From positions 31,186,001 through 31,250,000 of the forward strand of contig NC_043000.1 of the NCBI RefSeq assembly GCF_006345805.1: DNA of 64,000 bases, given 5' to 3'. This DNA comes from Octopus sinensis. Lineage: Eukaryota. The first letter of the stretch is position 1, and every line of letters starts with the position of its first letter. Shown piece by piece: positions 50,337-64,000 of this stretch. The translations under genes and the position numbers were made by a program. The notes under the pieces were generated by a model. It made no database searches. It was not told where the DNA came from and saw nothing but the letters and a program-made list of their open reading frames with translations.

Positions 50337-51167
50337 AAATAGAAAGCTCTGTGATGATAGTAACATCGATCATCAAAGCAGTTTATCATGGACCAATATC
50401 CGGATAATTTCCCTCCCACTTTGAAGGGTATGCGTTTGCAATCCAGGAACAGGAAATATCAACCAAGTACCTGATGCACATAAGGGACAGAGAAGCAAGA
50501 ATATAACAACCAATGCAGACATTGTGGAGTTAACACCGAAGATGTCACCCACATCATAAGTAGTTGTCCAAAAATGTCATCGTGGTATTATCTACCGATG
50601 AGATGTGATGTAGCTAGGACACTCTATAATGAAATCCATCAGAAGGATAATCTTGAGGACAAAGAAATAAGAACCCACAATATGGTAGAAGCCATAGCCA
50701 CTCATAATAAAAGGGAATACTGGTGGAATGTCCCAGTGATGACCCCAGTAAAATGTAAGCACAACAAACCTAATATAATGATTTGGGATAGAGAAGAGAA
50801 ATTGTGTACAGTTGTGGAAATTAGCTGTTCAGCGGATGTTAACATAAAACTGAAGATCAGTGAAAAAGAGAACAACTTCGCTTAACTATTGAAAACCCTG
50901 CAGTTACTGCAGATTACAAATTCAGGTTTATACCTGTAACTATTGGAGCCCTGGGATATGTAATACAATGCCTAAATACCAGTCTGGAGAAATTTGGCTT
51001 TTCAAAACCAGAAAGAGAAAGCTAATTCGAAGACTACAGATGAAATTCATCATTGGAACTGTAAAATCTGTAAAACTTTCCAGAAGTTTATCATTTAAGT
51101 ATATATGAGCATGTCTAGATATGCAACTATATGCATGACAATTCATACATAAAGCATGAAAATCTGC
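50337..51167 (+). mobile_element. R4/Dong-like LINE 3' fragment (CCHC knuckle and restriction-like endonuclease)
   Basis: CRHCGVNTEDVTHIISSC knuckle, HNKPNIMIWDREEKLCTVVEISC and IPVTIGALG motifs; ends in (TACA)n. Confidence 0.82.
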
Positions 51168-51306
51168 ACATACATACATACATACATACATACATACATA
51201 CATACATACATACATACATACATACATACATACATACAATTCCAATGAAGGAGCCTTGGATCTAAGTTAGAAACCGGTTCTAATCTTGAAATAAACTAAT
51301 GACGTA

Positions 51307-51357
<51 letters not shown>

Positions 51358-51614
51358 CATACATACATACATACATACATGCATGCATACATACATACAT
51401 ACATACATGCGCACAACATACATACATACATACATCCATACATACATACATACATACATACATACATACATACATACATACATACATGCATACATACATA
51501 CATAAATACATACATACATACATACATACATACATACATACATACACACACACATACATACATACATACATACATACATACATACATACATACATACATA
51601 CATACATACATACA
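51168..51614. repeat. (TACA)n arrays flanking a short spacer repeat; similar arrangement at 55720-55978
   Basis: Visible tetranucleotide arrays. The spacer ttccaatgaaggagccttggatcta..ttagaaa.cggttct recurs at about 51240 and 55828. Confidence 0.9.
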
Positions 51615-54600
51615 TGATGGTTACCAACTCGATTTCGAGTAGAGTCATTGCCTAACTTCTTTATGTCGTAGAATATCATCGATGAGCTGCACGAATATGG
51701 TTTTTGAGGCTTGCCAAAGACTTGCATGATTTTTGACAATTAGTGCAAGAAAACCTGGTGATTGTATAGTTTACAGCTCCATGAGCTTTGCTCTGCCTTT
51801 TCAAGCCACGTTTTAATCTGCATACTTAATGACAGAGTATGCATTCGAATTCTTCTTTCCATCTATAATCAATGTGCGGTGGTGCAATGTGTGATTTCAT
51901 ACGGCTCTTTAGCCCAGCCTTACTAAGACAAATCTTTCCACTTTCATCACATCTAAGATCATCACGTTCATTAATGCTTATTAGAATATCATTCCTGTCA
52001 CTTTTTCTCATCTTTCTTTTGATCTTTGCACGCTCCATTCTCTTCCTTTCAAATTCATTTTTGCCTTCATACACAACTTTTTTCCATTTTTCTCGACAAT
52101 GCGGTAAATCTTCCCAGTTGTCAGTTGGAACATTTATCTTATTCAATTCCGACTTCAGAAAACCTTTGTACCTCATTTTTGGTTTGTGGAACTGACGCTT
52201 ATCTGTCACCAATTCTCCATAAAAAAAGTTGTTTAGGTATTCTGTTGTCTGTCATTCTAAGTGTCCACTCCATCTCAATCTGATGCCTTTCCCTCTTTCA
52301 GACACCTCATCGTCACTCGCAAACATTTTCCAGCTGATCCCCCAAATCCTTCTGAGACATTGTTGATGAAAACGTTCCACGAGTAAGTTCTAAGTAAACA
52401 AACTTAGAAACCACAGCAAGTTTTGTTCCAAACACGAAGATACCAGGTTCTGGGTATGGCATTCCTAGTACTGGCTGAAACATGACAACAGTTTTGGTGA
52501 GATTTATGGTTAAGCCAAGTGCCTCACAAACCACTGAAATTTAATTCATAAGATTTTGCATGTCCACTTCAGTATGAGTGACAGTATCACAATCATCTGC
52601 ATAGAGGAGACCTCTAATAATAGTTGAGGACGTCCTTGACCTAGCTGACTGTCTTCCGATGTTAAAGATTTTTCCTGTGGTGCGATATCTGATATATATG
52701 CCTTCATAGGAGCGTTTGAAACTCAATTGAAAAACTATAGTAAAACAGAGGACGAAGAGAGTGGGTGCTAGTATGTCACCTTGTTTTATCCCACTCATGA
52801 CAGAGATAAGCCCTGAGAGCATTCCACCAATGTTGATCCTTACCTTCATGCCATCATGAAACTGCTTCAGAATAGTGAGAAACTTTACCCGGCATCCAAG
52901 TTACCTCAAGGTCTCCCACAAGGCAGTTCAATTGACACACACTTTTCCTGTAACTACCGTGCAAAGAAGATCATGTCAACAGTACCCCTACCATTTCTGT
53001 CCACTCTGTGATTCAGGAAGAATCTCATTAACCACATATATCTACAGCCGGTTCAACATTCGTGACAAAACTTTACCGGTTGCAGCAAGCAGGCAAATAC
53101 CACGAAAGCTATTGCATTCATCGTTTTGTCCCCTTACCCTTGAACACTACTTCCATGACTGCATCCTTCCTGTCTTTTGGCATAACTTCATTTTCCCATA
53201 TCTTCTGTATTACTGCTGTCAGCATTTCTAGCATAGTGGTGTTCCACCCCAACTTAAATAGTTCTACATTCAGACTATCAACTCCTGGTGTTTTGCCATT
53301 CTTCAGCTTTGGTACAGCTTTTAGTGTTTCCTCCATTACTGACGGGGTGTCATCTATGCACTCCATGGGTGCATTCTGTGGAATCATATCAATACTTTTT
53401 TCATCAGCAACTGATGGTCGATTCAGAAGTTCGTTGAAATGTTCCTCCGATCGTTTTAAGATGTGTTTGGGCTCCCTCAATAAAACACCATTCCTATACT
53501 TCACATGAACCAAAGTAGGACATGATGGCCCATATACTTCACGAAGGAGAGTATATAATAACTTAGTGTTCTTAACATTGGAAGCAGCCTCTATCTCTCC
53601 TGCTTTCTTCTGCCATCAAGTATCCTGCATTCTTCGAATCTTTCTTTGCACATCTGCTTTTATCTCTTTGAAAAAACTCTATTTTGGTCAGAATCATTTG
53701 CTAGTAATGAATGCAATGCCTTTCGTTTTTCTTCCAACAAATGCTGAATATTTCCATCACTTTCATCAAACCAATCTTGATGTTTCATCTTCTTTACTCC
53801 CAAAACTTCTTTACTTAAATTGTATAGTTCTCCTCTGAAGTCCATCCATTCATATGTCCAATCCAAATTTCAATTTTCTCCTGAAATTCTATTCTAACCG
53901 TTTTATCATTAAGAAGATTCACATTCAAACGTTTAGGGATGTCAGTGCCACTTTGTCTACTTTTTGGTTTCCCTACAAACTTGATCTTCCCATGAACCAA
54001 GCAATGATCTGCCCAACATTCCGTTCCCCGCATGACCCGCACTATACAGAAATCTCTCTTATCTCGCTTTCTAGTTATCATATAGTCTGTCAGGTGCCAT
54101 TTTTTTGAACCAGGGTGCGTCCATGTAGTTTCGAACTTATCTTTTTGCTGAAAAGCAGTGCTCATAATAAATAGATTCAGCTCAGAACACATCTGTAACA
54201 AAAGTAAGCCATTGCTGTTACAATTTCCCACTCTGTGTCTTCCAATCACACCCCATGTCTCATGATCTTTACCAACTCCAGCATTAAAATCGCCCAATAT
54301 GATAATCCTATCCTTGTGTGAAATTTTGCAGATGTTCTCTTTCAGCACATCATAAAAGGAGAGCTTTTAATTTTCACTGGCATTCATAGTTGGTGCATAA
54401 ACACTAACAAGTGTTACATACCAACCTTTTTTTTTAAAAGGCAATCTCAGCAATATCATTCTATCATTTGCACTGTATGACAATTCCTCTAACTTATCAA
54501 CCAAGGAGGTTTTCAGAGCAAAAGCAACGCCGCTTTCTTTTTTTGCAATTTTCTTTTTCTTCTTTCTCACTCCAATAAAATGTGTAACCACTGGATTTCT

Positions 54601-55212
54601 CAGTAAAGTTACTTTGCCCAAGAAATCTAGTCTCTGATAATGCTACAATGTCCATTGCATACTTTTACTTCTCCTTACCAATAACAGTAGACATTCTCAC
54701 TGGGTATCTTTTATTTCATTCTGAATCTAATAATGTTCTTACATTCCAGCATTCAATATTCATGGAAACCTTACTGTTGTTGATGCTGCACGCAGAGGCA
54801 GGATGACCACCGAGCCCAGGCTTCGATACCCTGGGGAACCTGCCGGGCCAGACCAGTTCACCTCTGGATCCCAAGCCCTTTTTGCCATTTACATCTTCAT
54901 GGTTTATAAATCTCATAATTGTATTTAAGCCTTTTTTTTCGGGCTTCGACCAGCCCCATTCATTGAGATCGTGTAACTTCAGCAAAATTTGCTCAAGCAA
55001 TACCCGTACCAGAAACTTTTTAAAGCGAGGAGAGATCTTGCACTCACCCGATCCTACTCTCTAAGTACCAAAAGCATAACCTATAAAGAGGAATTAATCT
55101 TCATCAATGGATGCTCTTTGAGACTGCAGGTTTAATTTCAGAGAATCCTTCTCCTAGATAGCTTGTAATCCAAAACTAAAGAGCTACTATCTGCCCATCG
55201 TAGGGATTTTAC
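51615..55212 (-). mobile_element. Full-length but inactivated RTE (BovB-like) LINE
   Basis: 5' UTR CTAGGAGAAGGATTCTCTGAAT; APE motifs CWNVRTL, VYAPT, LGDFNA, DY and DH; RT motifs KTPGVD, GIKQGDILAP and LLYADD; C-terminal zinc-knuckle-like region; (ATGT)n tail. Broken into many ORF pieces. Confidence 0.92.
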
Positions 55213-55410
55213 ATGCACTCACACCGACACACATTAACAGCCACAGTTAGTAATAATGAACACACACCATTATACACACTGAACAAGATAAAAGCTATAA
55301 ATACATATATATACAGTACAAATAAAAATATATACATCCCCACCAAAAATTGCCATGCATATATTACACAAAATTATTCAGAAAAATTCATAAAAATACA
55401 TACATACACA

Positions 55411-55482
<72 letters not shown>

Positions 55483-55979
55483 CACAAAATACACTCACAC
55501 AACTTTACATACTTTATTGGATGACCGTTGACTCTTCTGAGTTCTTCCGCCATTTGACGGGTCTTGTTTTTTATTCCGCAGGATGTCCAACAGTGACCCT
55601 CCTCACCAAGCAAGCTTGGTGGGGTTGCCGGTTTACTCGCCGACGACCCGACCATGTTCTACTGGGTTACATGTTACCAGTAGCACATAAGAGCAACCTG
55701 ACACAATAAATAAATAAATACATACATACATACATACATACATACATACATACATACATACATACATACATACATACATACATACATACATACATAAATA
55801 CAAAAATACCCTGTTGTTGATGTTGAAATTCCAATGAAGGAGCCTTGGATCTAGGTTAGAAATCGGTTCTTTCTCTATTGGCAAGAATCTTGAAATAAAA
55901 CTGAATAAGGAGATACATACATATACATACATACATACATACATACATACATACATACATACATACATACATACATACA

Positions 55980-56490
55980 GAGACAGTGACGCTCTTGTAA
56001 TCTAAAGGTGCAACTGCATGTGGAGACTGTGTCATGTTTCTGTGGAAGACATCACGCATGTAATTAGCAGCTGTTCAAAATTACATTCATAAACACCAAC
56101 TCAATATAGAATATTACCATCAAAACGTCTGTCAAATGTAAGGATAACAGGCTGGATATTGTTGTTTGGGACAGAAGGGCAAAGGGATGTACTATCATAG
56201 AGGTTAGCTGCCCTGCAGATATAAATATCTCTTTGAAAATCAAAGTAAAAGAGGATATCTATAGACAACTGCTTCGAAACCTCCACCTTCTATATCCAGA
56301 CTATGAATTCATATTCATACCAATAATAATTGGAGCACAAGGCTTTGTTAGTGAATGTTTAAAGGAGAATCTGGATAAACAGGGATTTTCAGAAAGAGAA
56401 ATCGACCGGCTGATCCGTACATTACAAGTGCAATCTGTGAATAGAACAGTAAAACTATGCAAGAATTTTCACAATTTCCAAATGCGAATT
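55980..56490 (+). mobile_element. Second R4/Dong-like LINE 3' fragment
   Basis: RLCHVSVEDITHVISSC, DNRLDIVVWDRRAKGCTIIEVSCPAD and IPIIIGAQG motifs; starts directly after (TACA)n. Confidence 0.8.
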
Positions 56491-56699
56491 TGTCTGTGTT
56501 AAGTGCATAATGGAGATTCGTTCAGAAGAAAGGGCAAAATTTTGGTTAACATCCAAAGCCACAATAAAGCAATCAATATGGAGCTGAATGGACGAAACAA
56601 CTTGGAGAAGTGAGTTTAAATAGTTCAAACGAATTTTGAGCAAAGAACGGTATCTTAATAAGGGAATAAACGCAAGACCTGACCTAGCTTCATTTGTTT

Positions 56700-56860
56700 T
56701 AAAGAAGCTGAATGTCTTGTAGAAAAATGGTTCCATCAGTTTTCTAACGAGGCTGAAAATGTACAGATTGCTAGTAGCTTCGATTTTTCTTTACGGGTGC
56801 CAAAAATGGAGACTTACATCCAACATAGAACGTGGAACACAGGTGGTCAGAAGGCTGATG
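56700..56860 (+). mobile_element. Short RTE RT C-terminal fragment
   Basis: LKMYRLLVASIFLYGCQKWRLT resembles the RTE LLYGCETWTL motif. Confidence 0.55.
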
Positions 56861-56939
56861 CACAGCTCGGATGTAGAACAGGCTTTCAACACACACACAC
56901 ACGCGCGCGCAAACGCCTACGGGGTACCTTTAGGAAATA

Positions 56940-59400
<2,461 letters not shown>

Positions 59401-59421
59401 TCCCACCAGCAACTCTCAAGT

Positions 59422-59625
59422 GGAGGCGCAATGGTCAAATGGTTATGGCAGCGGACTCGCGGTCGAAAGATCGCGGTTTCGATTCCCAGACCGGGCTTTG
59501 TGTGTGTTTATTGAGCGAAAACACCTAAAGCTTCACGAGGCTCCGGCAGGGGGTGGTGGAGACCCCTGTTGTACTCTTTCGCTCCAACTTTCTCTCACTC
59601 GTTCTTTCTGTTTCTTGTCCTCGAC
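59422..59625 (+). mobile_element. tRNA-derived SINE (another family)
   Basis: GGAGGCGCAATGGTCAAATGG A box and GGTTTCGATTCC B box, followed by a non-tRNA body. Confidence 0.7.
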
Positions 59626-60969
59626 TACCTACGCACCCGCTGAGCCTGGATGCGCATTCATCCATCCGCCGATGCTCTCGGTGTCGGGGGTTGACCTGCT
59701 TTCTCTTCTGCAGGTCTTACGAATAGCAAAGGACCACGTTTCGGACTTCTCCCATCTTGCGAGCTCTGGGACGAAGACCGCTTCGCTCAACAGCAACAGC
59801 AACCAGCAACTCTGTGGAGTGGACTTGTAGCGCGCATGCACGACTACGGACTTCCTCAAGAGATCTTCTTTGCTGAAAGAGCTAGGCCGATGTAGAATGT
59901 GGCAATGATAACCACTCTAGAGGTTGGTGTTCGAACCTCGCTACTGACTCCACTGATGTTTTCAATCAAGAGTTTGGGTTTGATTTTGTGAAGAAAAGGA
60001 CGTAAATGAAAGCAAGACATCGAGGCTATTACTAAGTGGTGTACCCGAATATTGCAAGGTGATTGGATATAAAGTTAGTGGCCACGTGGGAAGCATTTGA
60101 AGATGAAGCGTATCTATCACTTAAGAAGAAGAACAACTATTGAGATAATGTTGGGCTGGCAGATTTATCGTCTGCTGTTTAGGGGTTGGCTTTAACGGTG
60201 TCGCTTGCTGTTCAGGAGTTGACCTTCCAAGGTATTGCTTGATGGTTGAGGTGGTGGTCTCTGAATATGTTTGTCAGTTCAAGTGGCGGCATTCTAAGGT
60301 GTCATTTGCTGTTTTAGTGGTCGATCTTTCAAGATGTTGCTTGCTACTTTAGGAAACTACCTTCCAAGGGGCCACTTACTGTTTTAGGGGTCGACCCTCC
60401 AACATGTTTGCTGGTGTTAAGTGGACGGCTACAACTGTCTACAAATAATTTTCAGTGATATTCTCTACGAAGTACTAATTCTGGCCGTGATATTGTTGAG
60501 AACAGCGCATTGAGAGTTTGTGTTTTCTTTAAAGCAGATTACTTGGTCCAAGCTAGTCCCAGTTTCTGGGAGAGAAGCCTCCGTCTAAAATACTCCAAAG
60601 TCAGCGACTGACGTTAACGTGAGCAGTGGGTTTTGTCTATCACCAAAGATCAAGTCTACTTCTCACCTTTCCTCACCTTAATCTAACATGCTGTACGGTG
60701 TTGTTTGATCCATGGCCAGGGCTTAATAACATCATTTCAACCACGATCCCCTCGCCCTCTTTTAGGGTGTGTTGCATTACATTATCTAGCCTTTCCTTAA
60801 GACAGTAAAATATGACTTTAGGGGAACTTAGCTACTATTTCTAACATGTCGACCAACCAAATAACTGCTCCCACATAGCTATCACTGGCGATGATGACAT
60901 AAACTTAACAACGAGAGCCTACCTTACTACAACCATCACTATGATGGGGTGGGGAGACATAGCCATAAA

Positions 60970-61342
60970 TACTTACTTGTACTTGTACTTGTGGCGACAT
61001 TCACCCTGGGCGGGTTGAGTCGGCTTCTTCTACTCATGGAAGAAGTTTCGTGGGAATATGTGGATTTCACAAGCGGTCCCCAACAATCCCGCATGTAGAG
61101 ACATCCTGTTTGCCGCAGATTATCAGCAGACGCAGGGACAGAACGACCGAGAAGCCGCTGGGTCCGAAGCAGACACTCTGAGGATTTTCACCAGAGCTCC
61201 GTCTGCCGGGTTGTGGCCCTAATACCACTCGGTGTTAGACCAATCCGCCTTGGGTGGCCCTACCAGGAACCGAAGTTCTCGATGGCATAGCTCTGACACT
61301 ACCCGTTGCCAGCGTCCCCACCACGGTGAGGAGGGGATGGAC
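60970..61342 (-). mobile_element. Short RTE-derived non-autonomous element, copy 2
   Basis: Colinear reverse complement of 31578-31965 with the same 5' start and (CAAGTA)n tail. Confidence 0.7.
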
Positions 61343-62235
61343 TTTGGGGACGCAAGCAATAAGTAGCCATAAATACAGTTACAGCTAATAATTCTTGAAT
61401 TGTCATCTCTAGACCTCCCCCTCCCCCTGTCACTCAGTTATGCTTGTTAACTCTTTCGGTCATCTGAAACCAATAAACATCGTCATTTCTCAATTATTCT
61501 CTCTTAGAGAATCTCAATCTTCTGGTTACAATCAAATTTCATTCCTCCGTTTGCTGCTGCTGCCGTTGCTGTTGCTCTGCTGCTGTTGTTGCTGCTGCTG
61601 CTGCTCCAGATCGATATATTATCAGTGAAATCACATTAAACAGCCTATCAGATAATTGCCAAGATAATATTCAGGATTATCTGATAATAAATTGATCTGA
61701 CAGTAAATTTTATATGGTTAGGGAATTAGTTATTTATTTAGAATTCAAGAAAATTCGAACTTTCGCCGTCGCCGTCGTCTTTGCATCCGTTCGGCTGTCG
61801 ATTATTTTACCTGGTGGTGAATGTTTGATGAGCGGGTTAACGAGAGATCGATTGCATATAATTGCAGATCAGCAACAACCAGAACTAAGAATCCAGTGAC
61901 GAAATTGACAGAGAAATGAGACGATTAACAACTCTGAATACTGGGACTTCGAAATAAGGGTAACGTGATGCCACTTTGGATTTTCTCCAATAGCTTCTCA
62001 CAGCACAATATGCGATACAATAATGTCGATTGTTGTAGAATAAAGCCTTCAACTGAATTTAGTTTCGTCATTCAAGGTTCGGATTTTGAGTTCGTTCATT
62101 CTTTACTTCTTTATTTCATTCATGAAAGAGTTGTATGTTCAGTTGAATTCCCACGGAAAAAAAATGATTTTGCCTAATTTGTTTTTTTGTAGGGATTGGT
62201 GGCGGATAGTATAGGGGTGAATGAGGTATAGTATA

Positions 62236-62466
62236 TATTTCTTTATTGCCCACAAGGGACTAAACATAGAGGGGACAAACAAGGACAGACAAACGGATTA
62301 AGTCCATTACATCAACCCCAGTGCAAAACTGGTACTTTATTTATCGACTCCGAAAGGATGAAAGGCAAAGTCGACCTCGGCGGAATTTGAACCCAGAACG
62401 TAAAGACAGACGAAATACCGCTAAGCATTTCGCTCGGCGCGCTAACGTTTCTGCCAGCTCGCCGCC
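62236..62466 (-). mobile_element. Full-length SINE (same family as 4328)
   Basis: Minus strand GGCGGCGAGCTGGCAGAAACGTTAGC...GGGTTCAAATTCC...AAAGAAATA. Confidence 0.85.
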
Positions 62467-63120
62467 TTATAGTATAAGCATATGAGTGAGTGAGCTATAG
62501 TATAGGGGTTAATGGATTGCAGTGTAGATGGAAATGAGCTATAGTTTAGTGAATAGTGTATAGTGTACGAGCTAATGGCTTACAGTATGGGTGTGAAAGG
62601 GCCTAGCTCTGTGGTTCTCAAGCTGACAGCCCCTTCCACAGCAACAATATATTAGGGACATTTTTGTCCCTCTCTCGTCTTTGATAATGAAAAGACTAAT
62701 TAGAGGTTTTGCTCCAAATAATTCTTCTTTCTGTACCTTGTGGTATTCCTGGACAAGTGGGGATTAGAAACATTGTAACTTTATTTAAGATGGCAATTTG
62801 CTTGTTCCCTTTTCTATACTCACAGTCCTAACCCCTTCCGGGTATGCCCGGTTTCCCCTATGACAAACCCTAGGTTATACAATGTAGCAGTAGCAGTGAC
62901 AAACTGAATCGTCTCTGGTAATATTCAAACTCATGATGTTATGTTTCGGAACTAAACACTATCAAACATTAAGTTTAGTTCGACAGGTCGCTGTTTCTAC
63001 GATTTCACTAATGTTAGTCCATTAATGGAGATGAATTTTTCTTCTTAATTTACTCCGTAGCCTTGATTAATTCATTGATTTTATTTGTGTGTTTTGGAAC
63101 AATCTGTGTCAGACTTAATT

Positions 63121-63121
<1 letters not shown>

Positions 63122-63194
<73 letters not shown>

Positions 63195-63212
63195 CAACAA
63201 CAACAACAAAAC
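63122..63212. repeat. (AAT)n-(AAC)n microsatellite
   Basis: Direct inspection. Confidence 0.95.
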
Positions 63213-64000
63213 AACAACGACGACGGCTGTCAAAGGAAAACAAGTGGAAATGATTAAAAGTGAAAAACTCAACTGTCACACAATACTTTATTGATATTGA
63301 CAAAGTCAGAATGAAAGAAGACAAAAATATCTGTGTATGTCGAGTTTGATTTAATGGTCTTTTACGAAAATACATTCTGGTCCTTCGTCTAACTCCACAG
63401 CAAAAATACAATGTGTTTGTTTGTTTGTTTGTGGCTTGTTGCTTCAAATAGCAGTGACCTTGAGTAATAAACCGACATAAAAACATGTCCGTAGTGTAAA
63501 ACAAATGCAACGCCGTAAACCTATTGGCTGGTGGAAATATCATTAAAATGGCGTTGTACTAACATGAGAATTATAACGTGTCCTATATTAGTACTAAATG
63601 GTTATACCGTGTTCCTAACATTTCTTCTTTGTTAAGCCCATTAAGATATAGAGTGGTACCGCTTAATAATGATTTTCTTTGAGGCATTCTGATCTAGAGT
63701 GTCATAGGGAAGCTGAGTGCTACACGTCACATGACGATTAAGTTTGAAAGTATACTCTTGTAACCCTGAGTAATATCAGGGACATATACAATAATTATAA
63801 TTCAACTTTTATAAAAAATTTCTGAGTGTTTATACAAAATGATGAGATAAATACTAATTTCTAAAAGAAAAGAATTTTCACCTTCAAATAAAATTAAATA
63901 GAAAAACAAGAAAAAGAAGACAATTTTATATTCAAACTAGCACTATAGTGCTAGTGCATGCATATACAGCTGCGTGCGTGCGCGCATACACGCGACTACT

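Noticed and set aside
51267-51739. Long ORFs with MYVC/HTYI repeats (likewise 25866-26352, 42453-42714, 55633-56059, 58242-58709 and 63085-63543)
   Set aside because: Translations of (TACA)n, (TA)n, (CA)n or (AAT)n microsatellites.
59422-59495. tRNA gene (also the heads at 46738, 19619 and 62466)
   Set aside because: A and B boxes are present but there is no complete cloverleaf, and each continues into a SINE body.

Overview
AT-rich, repeat-dense eukaryotic (metazoan) genomic DNA. The repeat families point to an octopus genome; this is an inference from recalled repeat sequences, not a database result. The one host gene I recognise is the 3' part of ECT2/pebble (RhoGEF) on the + strand, with exons at 567-712, 3893-3969 and 8154-8340 and probable or possible further exons to about 17.8 kb. 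A 1050-bp tandem duplication creates a second, identical copy of the KTP-motif exon at 9204-9390. The rest is mostly decayed mobile DNA: RTE LINEs (many 3' fragments and one full-length copy), RLE-type (R4/Dong-like and HERO-like) LINE pieces, a Penelope-like element, three mariner remnants, a Ty3/Gypsy pol split by an apparent 3.3-kb inversion, a non-autonomous Helitron, several tRNA-derived SINE families and long microsatellites. The most unusual signals are a tRNA-headed SINE whose tail holds a Penelope-type minimal hammerhead ribozyme motif, further hammerhead motifs and fold-back palindromes in (TA)n tracts, and an RTE-derived internally deleted element present twice. Most ORF-track entries are microsatellite or repeat artefacts. 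No rRNA, true tRNA gene or CRISPR array was found.
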